The translations under genes and the position numbers were made by a program. DNA of 64,000 bases from Paramecium tetraurelia. Its lineage: Eukaryota. The first letter of the stretch is position 1; every line of letters starts with the position of its first letter. The stretch is from assembly GCA_000165425.1 (NCBI GenBank), contig CT868046.1, forward strand, positions 62,001 through 126,000, read 5' to 3'. The notes beneath the pieces are model-generated. The model had not been told where the DNA came from. It was given only the letters and a program-made list of their open reading frames with translations, and ran no database searches. Below, one piece after another: positions 13,726 to 33,200 of this stretch.

Positions 13726-14387
13726 TCAATCTTAAGCATCGTTATCAGAATATTGAGGAGTGTACAATGCATCCCATCCTAATAAAAAAGGCAAAGAAAA
13801 CTAGAATTTCATCATTATATAAATTTTACATTGATTAATTCTAATGCTGTTACATATTCTGCTTGAGTCAAATTAATCTTAAATGGATTGAATTGTTTTT
13901 CTTATTCGTCCTCTTAAGAAATTGAAAGGTAGATGTCTTATGCAGTTTTATTGATCTTTAAAAGTTTCTTATCATTTGCTTGTGCTTGATATGCTTATTT
14001 GTAATAATTTAAGGAATACTGATAAGGAAATTCGAAGCTTCATCATATGCTTTATTTTTTGTGACCAACAATTATCCGATCTATTTAACACCTAAACTAT
14101 AATGTTTCTTTTTGTCCCATTCCAAGTGATGATTACCTTCCTTTTAACGAATCACTGGGACCAACTCAAAGAGGATCCAACCAGGTTTTTGAATTGCAAA
14201 GTAATTATTTTTCTCAACATAGGTAGCTTTGATCGGAGTCATCGAAAACATTAAATTTTCATTCCACACAGTGAATGCTTTTAAGATCACAGGTTTTTCA
14301 CAATTAATTTCTATGGTGAATATGTATATTAGCGATACTTCTAGTTTCAAAGCTGAAACAATGCTTTAATATTTTTGAGAATTACAT
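13726..14387 (-). CDS. Whirly-like ssDNA/RNA-binding protein, 192 aa, probable mitochondrial presequence
   Basis: Introns at 14311-14338, 13994-14019 and 13801-13829 give 579 nt (193 codons). Protein contains KAFTVWNENLMFSMTP..KPGWILFELVP..LEWDKKKHYSLGVKQIGQLL..KKLLKI..INLTQAEYVTALELINFSLPFLLGWDAL, collinear with the plant Whirly domain. Confidence 0.75.
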
Positions 14388-14400
14388 AATATTAATTATA

Positions 14401-16461
14401 ATGAGTACAGATCAATCATCGAATTCATCAACTTAAAAAGGCAAATCACTCTCTTCCATAGATACCACCAGATCTAAATATGCATAGGAGTTAGGAATTC
14501 ATTAGCTCTTACAAAATGCTTTCCAAGACATGGGTACCCAGTGTCCTTATCTAGTTTAGATGATGAAAATACAGATATGAAAACTTTGCTACCCATTTCA
14601 ATCTTATTGGAAGAGATGAAGAGCGATCATTCAAGCACAAGAACATACTGTTTGCAGAACCTCTCAACCATTGCCTTGGTATTGGGTCCTGCCAGAGCAA
14701 AAGGCTTGTTGGGCGGATTTATTTCAAATTTACTTAAGGATCAAGAAAAGGCTGGTTTAAAAATTAACTTAATATTTTAGTCGAGGATGTTCCAGAAGAA
14801 TTATAAGTAATGCTTACATTACTAGAATCCATGCCAAAATTAATAAATCTGATTGGAGGTCCAGAAAACAGTTTAGTGTTGTTAAAACCATTACTCGAAA
14901 CCATCGGAGATAGAACAAAGGAAGAAACAAAAAACATGTACATTAAAATCATGAGGGATATTGGAAAGAGATTATTGAAATAATAACACTTATTTGAGGA
15001 ATGTGTTACTTAGAGAATAATAGAAGCGAAGGATGGTGATATAGATGAATAATGTGCTGCTGTTACATTAATTGCTAATCTCTATAATCTAGTTTCTTAG
15101 TAGATATTATAAGAATGGATGGAGTACTTTAACACTTTAATGTTGAGTAATGAATAAAATGTCAGAAAGAGAGTAGTTCTAAGTATAAAAGAATTTGCAT
15201 AATGGGCAAGTAATCCTGAAGAGCATAAGTTTTGTATTGAATTAGCTGATAATGTCTTTACAAATGGGAAGGATTTTAAATCAAATTTATTCTATAGTGT
15301 CCCAGCTTTAATCAAATTTCAAGGTTATCAAGATTACTTAGGCAAATTATTTAAGATGGATAATATTAATGCTTATAATTGCTTTTTAGAAATATGCATT
15401 GAGTCTCTATAAGTATTATAAAATACTGCTGATAGCAAAATATTTATTGAAAATTTTATTAAACTATTTTCTAAAACAGAATTAGAGTTGAAATAAAAGT
15501 TATCAGTATATTGTGGAAAACTAGTGGTCTTTATTAAAGATTCAAAGACGATTTACAAAGGAGTAATTTTAATAATTAATCTTAGTATCTTGTCCAAATT
15601 CAGTAATATATGACATAGTTAGAATAGGAAAAGAATTTCATGATAAAATAGAATTTGGTAGAGTCTGTCATCCTGATATTGAACCAAGCAACTGATAGAA
15701 GAATATATTACCAATAAGAAGAAATCTAGTACTTCTTAAGATTTCTAATGAATCAATTGATGAGTGGTGACACAGATCTCAAATTTAAATTTGTATCTAA
15801 ACAGAAATCCTTTAACATCATTTTGTAGTTCATTTCGGATAATGCTTTTGCTTAAAATGAATCAATACAAATAGTTAAGAATTTACTACAAGTCATAATC
15901 AATATTGAATAATGTAAGAATTGGAGAATGAGACAATAATGTTTGATGTCATTGTAAATGGTAATCTTATAATCCTATACAATAGTTCCTGACAAACCTA
16001 TAATAATTTTAAATTTTCAAGACTTTCCAATCAGATGATCTAGAAGTTCAATTAATTAAAAGACTAGTATAAGATAGAATTTCTGCAGTTCGAGAAGAAG
16101 CAAGCAAAGTATGAATATATGAATTATCTAGACTCTGTTGCAATTGTTTAGATAATTAAAGGAGAACGATATGTTTGAAAAAGGAAAGAGAGTAATAGAT
16201 TAATTAAGTGATTTACTAAAACATCCAAACTATTTGGTTAGAGTGAACTTTGTATTGGGATTGGGGAATGCATTCTTTTTGGGAGAACATACATATAATT
16301 TGTTGAGGTAATTAAAGAATGAAGTTCCAAATGTAAAATTGGCTTTATTGGAAGTCCTATATAATAATAAAAAATGCAAACAATTAGATTTAATTCCTAT
16401 TAACGATTTGGATTAGGATGTAAGAGATGTTGCATAAATTATATATTAATAATTCAAATGA
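14401..16461 (+). CDS. Divergent PP2A scaffold (A/PR65)-like HEAT-repeat protein
   Basis: LLPISILLEEMKSD..TRTYCLQNLSTIALVLGPARA (PR65 N-terminal repeat), WRMRQQ, DRISAVREEA, HPNYLVRV, EVPNVKLAL and C-terminal DQDVRDVA. Multiple tiny introns; start codon uncertain. Confidence 0.8.
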
Positions 16462-16692
16462 TCAATTTTGGACAACACATTTCTCTTTCTTAATTGACCT
16501 ATGAATATTCGGTTCTAGTTTTACTTACATAAATTCTTCATCCTCCTCATTAGTCTCAATTAGGAGAGACAGATAAAACTGATTCAGATTGTATAAATTT
16601 AAGTAGTTATTGGTAGCCACAATAGGTGCACTAAATCTTATGGGTCGAATGATATGTCTCATCATCTTGATTGTTCTGAATATTTAATACAT
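16462..16692 (-). CDS. Putative small protein (~76 aa) with Arg-rich N-terminus
   Basis: MYQIFRTIKMMRHIIRPIRFSAPIV...EEDEEF...CVVQN-TGA; 231-nt open frame. Confidence 0.4.
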
Positions 16693-17370
16693 ATTATATT
16701 AATAAAAATATTGTTTAATTATGGTTTTGTTTTATTAATATCCACACATTCTCTTAACCATATACCCTTTTATATCTCATTTTGAGTAATCTTAATACTT
16801 GCAAATAATAAATAAATCAATTTATATCTTAAATGATACGATGAGAATTTCATATCCAATGCTTGCTACTAGAATAAAATATCTTCAAATATTATCATTT
16901 TGACGACTGTTATTACTTCTGTAAATTATTTAAGCTTCATATTATTATAATAAACTATTTCAATTGTCTAAACATTTAATTTATTTTAATAATATTATTA
17001 TTATCAATTCCTTATATGTTCTTTCACATGTACACTCAGGGATTCAAGAGTAATAATTATGCATTATCATTTTCAATAAGAATTTAGTGCAATTATTGAG
17101 TTATACATACTCTGAAATGGAGACTAAATAGGATTCCCTTATTTTCTCTGTAATTAACTATATTTTCATACATAGACAGACAATACTAATATGCATTTAA
17201 GTGGAATAATTATTTAAATGTAATTGCAATAATAAATTTATTAATAAATTATCACTTCCGAGAGATACGGAACTCCATTAATATTTTTATATATTATTCA
17301 ATATTTTTTATCACTAAAACCAATGAATTTAATAATGATGGTAAATAAATCAATTAATATAAATTACATT

Positions 17371-18207
17371 ATGATAAAAACATAATTAATTGACCTTCTA
17401 AAATTAACAGAAGAGGATCTCAAAAAGACTGTGATTGTCAAACAACATCCTTAGTATGAACAAATCTTCTTCATGATTTTAAATCAAAAAGCCAATACCT
17501 TTACACATAAGTTTGTGAGAGAAATTCACGAGGCATTGACTTCAATTGAATAGCATGAAGGACACACAGCTTTAATTACGACATCCTTCCATCCCACAGT
17601 GTTTAGTGGAGGCTTAGATCTCAATGTTACAGGAGTAAATATCTATACATAATATAGAATATGAATATATTCGATAGAAATAATTTTGTTCTTGAATTTA
17701 TAAGGTTATTGGGGAGATTATTAAGATATCCAGTCCCAACTATAGCTTTAGTAAATGGTCACGCAGTGGCTGGCGGATGCATGTTCATGTTCGCTCATGA
17801 TTGGAGAATAGCAAGAGCAGAGCCTAAAAAAGCACATTGTTCATTGCCAGAAATAGAGATCGGTTTTAATTGTATCACTATTCTTAGGTATGTATCTACC
17901 TCCAGGAATGAATGCAGTTTGTCAATGCAAGCTAACACCTAGTGTCCATAGAGATTTATGCTTATTAGCCAGAAGATATGATCTTGGATCTGAAGGTTTA
18001 CAGTATTAAATGGTGGATGGGTTAGCAACAGAAGATAAAATTGTTGAAGCCTCAATCTAAAAAGCCCTGGCTGTAGCTAAATATGGATAGGATAAAGAAA
18101 ACTTTACAAAAATAAAGGAAGAAATGCACAGAGATGCCATTAAGGCTTGCTTCAGTAGATAAATGGCTCCAGGTAATGCCTACGATCTTGGATTGCCAAG
18201 ATTATGA
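17371..18207 (+). CDS. Enoyl-CoA delta isomerase (crotonase superfamily), probably peroxisomal
   Basis: FSGGLDL, PTIALVNGHAVAGGCMFMFAHDWR and LPEIEIG crotonase motifs. Two introns. C-terminal -PRL is a PTS1-like tripeptide. Confidence 0.9.
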
Positions 18208-18244
18208 TAATTGTTCATTTATTGATATTAGAAATAAAATCAAC

Positions 18245-20950
18245 TCATTTTTTTCTAAATCTTCTTACTGTGTATCCAACTACTACAGCTAAAAGCATCA
18301 ACCATAGATAACTCTTCTTGCCAGTCTTACTTTGCTAAGTTAATTCTTCAGGCTACTATTAAACTTCAGGAACATTTTCTTAATTCTCAAAGTTCTATCC
18401 TCTTAATTCTAGATCAGCATCCTCCATTCCTCCTTCTCCTTAAGGGAATTTGTCTTGTTCATTATCGTTAGCTGCTTCTACGGAATCCACTTCTTTTTAT
18501 TTCACTATTTCTTCATTGATTTCTTGTTATTTTTGATTTTCTTTATCCTATTTCTGTGGTTACTCTACTTTTTCCACTAAGAATGGCTTATTTTCTTCAA
18601 CAAAGTTCTCATTATTTTAATTTACCTTTTATTCGATTTATGATAGGTCTTCAATACTTTATTCCTTTTCCTGTTAAGGTACAGGATCTTATTCCACTAA
18701 TTATTTTTGTTACTCTTGTTCTTTTAGATTTTAAACTTATTTATTATCTTCAATTTCTTCTCTTAAGTTTTCAATCTAAACAGTTGATTCTATTTTCTCA
18801 ATTTCAACTGGTTCATCTAAAATAATGTTCTAGGATTAACTATGAAATTCATCTAATTTAGGTTATTTAAATAAAACTAATTCTTCATTATCTATCGGCA
18901 TCTTTTAAATAACTTCTTCATCATCAATTACTGGATATGAGTGTATTTGGTTAAGTTATTCAGGTTGGTTATTTAAATCCTCTTCTTTGTTTTCATTCTA
19001 CTAGATTATTTCTGGCTCATCGGAATTTTGCAACTCAGGCTTTTATTCTATTTATGCTTGAGGTAAATCTGTATTATCAGCCTAGCTTGCTTCTTGTATT
19101 TATTCAAGTTAAGATTCAAATTATACAGGAACATTTTCAACTTCTTAAATTTCCTAAATCTCTTCTTACTTATTGGAATTATCTTATTCTATTTAATTTT
19201 CCTATTCCAAATTTTCAACAATCTGTTGTTCTTCCTATTAATTTGTAGTGCAGAGTTAATCTACTTGATCATCATCTTAATTTATTTAGTTTCCTTATAA
19301 TTATTCTTCTTATTGATTTTTTTCTACTTAGTCTGTATTTTCTTAAGCCTCTTTTGTAATGTCAGCTAAAATATTTGTCATTTATCCTAAACTAATATGC
19401 TTTGGTTAAGCTTCATCCTATTTATCATTTTATTGTTCTTAGTTTGGTTATTCTTCATGCGCATTGTTTTTAGGTACTTACTCTTCTTATACTTCCTGTA
19501 TCTACTCATCTTCATCCTCTTGATTTTAAGGAACTTCAATCTACTAGTTTTTAAGATCGTCTACATCTTATGGTTCTTCGATTTATTCTATAATTTAAGG
19601 AGATGCTTCAAAGTCATTTTTTGATGAATCATTTTAATTTAAAACATCTGAATTTGAACCTATAATTTAGGCGGATTTAATTTCTTATGCTGATTGAATT
19701 TCTTAAGTTGAACTCATTTTATCTTATTCGGATTCTTAATCTTATTCTGATAATTAATTACTGTCTTCATGTTTTGCTCCATCTTCAGAATGATCCTACG
19801 CATGAGATTTCTTTAGTTCATTTATATGTTATGCATTTGAGACTACTTGAGCAAATCCCTTTATACTTTTGATGCCTTTAACTATTTTAGCAGTAGTAGA
19901 CTTAAGTTTAGAGGCCAACTCAGTAAACTTATGTACATTGTTCACTAAATAATCTTACAAGGAAGTCAAATCAGATTCTTTTGCATTTGTAAGATCTAAT
20001 TAACCTTAAGCTATTTGTTTGGCAACATTAAGAGTGGCATGCACTTTGATCTCTTCACTCTTTTGCTCTTCCGTCAAATCATGTTATTGAGATTTATCTA
20101 TTTGTTTCAACAAGTCTTGACTTATAAGCTAGATTTAGCCAAATTCGTGTTGTGCATCTTGAAATTTCACCTAGGCTTAACTAATAAATGCTTATTGAAC
20201 AGAGTTGATGATCATCTAATAAATATCTTGTGCATTATGAGTTGGTTAAATTTGACGGTTCTCCATAACAACAGTTTTACCTTTCTCCACCAAGAAGAGA
20301 CTATTCGCAATAACACTGTTTTATGGTTTTTTGGATGTTATAGTATAGAAGACAGGAAGATTTATTAAAATCATTTCTCCACTTACAAGTAGTCGTTTTC
20401 GAATTTCCCAAAAGATGTGTTCAAATTCCTATTGAATTTACTAAAAACTTTTGGTATTCGATCTTGTGATTTAGAATAAAGGTGGACAAGTTGGATCGTG
20501 ATTGTGGATCATGCTTCTTAAGGTATTGCTAATTGAATTCGGAAATTAGTCTCCAACAGCCACACTGATAAATTAGATTAAGTATTTGTGTCTCATCCTT
20601 TCTATAAGCACCAACAATTTATCCAAATCAAATTCTTCCTTCCCGTCACTAATGAAAACTAATGTTATATTTTTTGGAATTTTTGCCTTCTCACTCAGCA
20701 GCATTTGAAACATGTTTGTCAAAGTATTTGTAATATTTCCTGATCCTGCCTATTTGAAAGGCTCCAGAGGGTACAGATCCTTGGCCCATTAATATTCTAA
20801 TTTTTTCTTTCCCAATTCATTGAAGACTGTCTTATATGCATTTATAGCACGAGGATATTCTTTATGCATAGACCCAGTCCCATCCAACAATGTGATGGGA
20901 AATGATTGCACCTTCTAAGCTTCAGGAGCACGGTAAATGTAAAAACTCAT
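18245..20950 (-). CDS. vWA-domain protein with long Q/E/K-rich linker and C-terminal tail anchor, ~900 aa
   Basis: N-terminal ITLLDGTGSM (MIDAS-like) and ITLVFISDG. Low-complexity middle. C-terminus KSYLWLMLLAVVVGYTVRRFRKK-TGA. Confidence 0.8.
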
Positions 20951-21465
20951 TAGAAACTATTATTTTACTTATAAATTTATCTTAGGTTTCAATATCCTTA
21001 TATAATCAAAAGACTGATTAAGAACTATTGCTTAAAATACACATATAAAAATTACAAATTATTAATTTTTATCAAAAATTTTAATTTTCCTTACTGATAT
21101 GTTAATAAGGAACCCTCCTAATTTAACTCAGAATTTATATCATTAGCATAGAGGAAATAAGGAAAAACAATAAATCCATTGAGTATATATATTAATAATA
21201 GGAATAGAGATGGAGAATACAACTCTTTAGTGAATTAAATGGAAATTAGCATTCTGATTATTCTCAAATTTACAGAATAATCATTAAATGGAAATAATAT
21301 TGATTTTAAAATTAAATAATGTATGCTCAAAATTAAACACTTGATTCTCTCCCTCTCTTTGATCATGTTCATATGGTCATTCTTCCTTTCTTGTTACTAC
21401 TTATCATAATATTACAAGGAATTAATTAATGTGCTCATTTAATATTAATTTTTAAATAAATAGAT

Positions 21466-28521
<7,056 letters not shown>

Positions 28522-28547
28522 TTATCATCATTATTATTATTGATAAA

Positions 28548-29690
28548 TCAAAATACTTCTTCTCTGACTTGGAGGAATTCGGAAGCAGCACTTAATTTTT
28601 AGGTTAAGACTTCTTATAATCTCTCAACGACTTCCAATTATTATTCTCTTTCGAAGGTTTATGCTTCATATTATGATTCTTATTCAGCAGCCCATCTTTC
28701 TTGGATAGCCAATGAGTCTTCAGCATCTTCAAGGAATAACTAACATAATGGTGACTGAATACAGTTTAGTCTTCCAAATCTTCAACGGCCTCTTGGATGG
28801 TCACTTTGAATTGAACAATAGAGTTTTCTAAGAAAGCCTTTCTTTCGACTAATCTCTTGTGTTCTTCTGACAAATGAGAACTTTGGACTTCCCAGTTAGC
28901 AGCTTATCTTTCTTCGGTGGCAAGGAGGGAAGCTCTGCTGGCAACCAATTATTATCTGATTTAAGCTAAGAGTTCTAAGATCTTGATGATGCTCTTGTTA
29001 TCAACCTTGGAGGCTAATTAAGTCAAGGCATTGATGAGTGGCTAGTTATTAATAGTAAATAGAAAATACCTTGAAAAGTGCGTGTTTGCTTTCCATCAAT
29101 TTAGCTTAGACTTTTTCGAATCTACTCTTTAATTGAGCAAATGCAACACCAGCTTATAAATGTTGAACGATCTTTGATGCTTCATCGATGGCTTCCATTT
29201 AATCAACATGTTCAGCATCCTTTCTAACCCATGTATCGTGTTGGGATTGTCTGGTGGCTGATTCGTCAGCGAAGCTCTTTTCGTTATTGGCAATATCTGA
29301 TGTTACGACTCTGACTTCAACTTCAGCTTCACCCAAAGCTTCGGTGGTGGAATCTCTCAAGTTGGACAAGGCAACAATTTGGGTTTAGTGATAAGCAATT
29401 TCTTATTCTAAGTCAGCAATGATTTTCTCAAATGCAACTGTGTCACTTTCATGAACTTTGTCAGCTTTCTTTTAATCTCCATTCAATTATGAGGCAATGT
29501 TGTTCAAAAGGATTTAGATCTCACCGACTGGTCCTCCTGTGGCCAATTGAAGTTGGAGAACTGAAAGGATTGAATTACCAAAGGAATCCTTATTAACTTA
29601 AGCCAAAATCTCTTTTGGACTTTCGCTCTTTGTCACTCTAGCTGTGGCAACTGCAAACACAATAGCCAATATTGTTAATGATCTAGCCAT
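28548..29690 (-). CDS. T4: Trichocyst matrix protein T4 precursor, 363 aa
   Basis: MARSLTILAIVFAVATARVTKSESPKEILAQVNKDSFGNSILSVLQLQLATGGPVGEIQILL...SEFLQVREEVF, recognised as the Paramecium TMP T4 family. Two introns (28 and 23 nt) give 364 codons. Confidence 0.95.
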
Positions 29691-30272
29691 TTTTATTATT
29701 ATTAATCAACAACTCAACCATTCTCAAGCGATTTACACTTATTACCCGTTTTTCATAATACTATACACTAGCATATTTATAATACGTTTTTAATTTAATC
29801 ATTTTTTTTTTACATAGAATAATTCTTTTCCCTCCAATTCCAACTCCATTTCATCCACGGCTATTCCACCCTTTTATCAATCCAACATCAATTACTCTGT
29901 ACTCTTCATACTTTGTTCACTGCTCTTTTATAATAGTTTCAAATAGACTCATAAAAATTAGAATAGTCAATTGGTCATTCCATTTTTCTTCAATCCTTCC
30001 TTCTGTTGCTCAAGAATCATGTTTAATTTTTAAATTCTTCATTTTATATAAATTCTATATCTTAAAAATTCCTATTTGATTGATTTAATGCATTTTCTCG
30101 AGCTCTCTTTGAAGATATCAGTTGGTTCGTATGCTTGTGTGATGTTGATGGTTCCCTTCTCCTCCATACTATATGGGTTAAGATAATATATATATATACA
30201 TTTTTTAAAATAAAAATTAATGAACTCATGCAATAACCCTTAAATAAACAAAAATCTTTATTTAATTTTTAT

Positions 30273-33200
30273 ATGAGTTCAGAAGAAGAGGAAGATAAAC
30301 AATATAATATCGATTAACTCCTTCTTTAGATTACATAAGTATTATTTATTTTATCCTTAAGATTGAGAGCACTCGATAAGTCAATCCGCAATTCAGAAAA
30401 GTCCAAGAGCCAGAATTTAATCTGGTTTTTAATCTCAAACGTCCTCCAGTAGAAGACTTGTCATTGGAAGAGGCTCAACTCTGCTATTTGGAAAACAAGA
30501 GGTAGCAAGGTTAGTTGTCTCAATATAATAAAATTAGTTTTCCAGAGGAAGACTAATGAGGTGAAAGACAAGAAATATGCCTATGCAGCGAACAATCAGA
30601 GCAAGATATAAAATAAATTACTAATGTTCTTTTCCAAAGTATTCCGAGATCAACCAAACATGGTTGAAAAATTTTTGTATGATAAATACAGCCACAAATA
30701 AGAAACAATATTGGAATAGTAAATACACATTGGAATCGTAATTATAATCACTTATTTAGTCATCGCAATAATTTGAGCCAGCTTTTCAATCAAATAAATT
30801 GCCTTAGCTTGGGTACAATTTTGAAGATGCATTCAAAATTTAGTATACAGATTCCAGAATGGGAAAAGCAAATATAAAAAAGTAAAGAAAAGTAAAACTT
30901 ATCATCAATCTTAGCTTAAAAACGATTGCCAGGCTTCAACTTAGAATGACTATTTTAACACAATTATCCAATAAGAATTATATGAAGATCCTATCGAAAT
31001 TGGAGATTGGAAGAAAAGTTGGGCCATCGTTGTGAGGAATGCAGTCAAAATTAGTAAATTCAAAGCCAAATTCAGATAAGATTTAAGAGAATTTTTTAAA
31101 AGAATAGCCTATTTTGCTGCCAAAGAGGCAAGAAGAAGGAATTAAAAATGTTAAAAATATTAAAAAGAATTTATGTTAAGAGCCAAGAAATTATCATAGG
31201 GAGGCTCAATCATATTGGAGAAAGAGAGATAAGGAATTGATTGAAATCAAGAAAAGAAAAGAAAAATTAGAATAAGAGAGAAAGAAAAAGGAGGAAGAAG
31301 AGAGAGAATAATTATTACAATAAAAAAGATTAGAATTTTTAATGAAGTAATCAGATATTTATGCACACTTTATGGCTAAGAAACTAGGAATCACTTTAGA
31401 TAATCAAATTTCATTAAATACAGATGAGATTGATGAAGAATAAGCACTTGAAAATGTCTAGAAAGTAATCAATGATAATAGAAAATAATTGCAATAATTT
31501 GATGGAAAAAAATAAGAAAACGTTTAAATATAAGAATTAAAATTAGATCACAATGATTAAGATAGAGATTTCTCATTGATAGCACCTCCTTCAACTTTTA
31601 AAGGAGACTTAAAAGAGTATTAATTAAAAGGGCTCAGATGGTTGGATAACCTATATGATTAGGGTATTAATGGCATATTGGCAGATGAAATGGGATTGGG
31701 AAAGACTATATAAGCTATAGCATTGTTGTCCCATATAAGTTCCTTTAAATCAATATGGGGTCCCTTTCTAGTGATTGCTCCTTCCTCAACTTTACATAAT
31801 TGGTAATAGGAAATTAAAAAATTTTGTCCTACTTTAAAAGTCTTACCATATTGGGGGTAAGCTTAATAAAGAAAAACAATAAGAAAATATTTTTAATAAA
31901 AAAATTTTGGTTAAAGAGAATCTCTCTTTCACATAGTAGTTACCTCATATAATTTAGTAGTTTCAGATAATAAAATATTTAATCGAGTAAGATGGCAATA
32001 TATGATTTTGGATTGAAGCTTAGGCAATCAAAAATATTAATTCTTAAAGATGGTAGATCCTGTTATCATTTAATGCAAGAAATAGATTATTATTGACAGG
32101 AACACCAATATAAAATACAATGGGAGAATTATGGGCATTATTGCATTTCATAATGCCAAGATTCTTCGATAGTTTTGATTAATTCTAGGAATGGTTTTCA
32201 AAAGACATAGAAGCACATTCCTAAGATTAAAAGACTTTGAATTAGCATCAATTATAAAGATTACATGCAATTTTGAAGCCATTCATGTTAAGAAGGTTAA
32301 AGAAAGATGTGGAGAATGAGATAGGATAGAAGAAGGAAGTCTAGATTGTTTGTGAGATGACCAGTCGATAGGCTGTATTGTACAGGAATGTGAAATCTAA
32401 ATTATCAATAAAAGAGTTCTTTAGGATGTTGGATTCAAAATAGAAGGTGGATAATTTAATGAACTTGGTTATGTAGTTTCGTAAGATATGTAATCATCCT
32501 GAATTATTTGAAAGAAAACCTTACAAAAGTCCTTGCGTATTTTAGGATAGATAGAATGTTGAGGTTTATTAGAAGAACCCAATTGTCTAGGTGACCAAAA
32601 GAAATCCAATTAGCTTCATTATTCCTAAATTGGTGTATGATAATCTAATTAAAAATACGAAATGCTTATTCACAGCACATTACATATACAACTCATTAAA
32701 GAATGGAGAGTCTACATTTTCATATTTATTATTCAAACATCTACCTTTGAGTTTGTTTGAGAAGAATGTGTTTGATTTAATTGACCTCTTATGTCATAAG
32801 TAGGATTCATCGAGTTTAGTGAATTATTCTTTTTCAAAGTAATTACAATTTTACATTCCTCCAGTTCAAAGTTAGATTGTGTCATTTGAATGCAGATCAC
32901 AATCATTTTATTATTAAATTCAACAGAGTTTATATAATAGATAGGCACTTTCATTTATCAAAGAATCCCCTGCCTCTTTCATTCTACCTAATAGTCCTGA
33001 ATCTTTGATAGCCTCTTCCTCTAAATTGTTACAATTGGATAAATTACTTAAAGAACTCAAATAGAAATAATGGCGAGTGTTGATTTTCTGTTAGATGACA
33101 AGAATGTTGGATATACTGGAAGAATATATGTTACATAAAGGGTACACTTACTTTAGAATGGATGGACAATGCTAAATCAATGATAGAAGAGATGTATTAT

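Noticed and set aside
29790..30230. Purine-rich minus-strand stretch between T4 and INO80 that looks coding
   Set aside because: All three frames hit TGA within short distances and no introns rescue a model. It may be a decayed gene remnant, but I cannot support a call.
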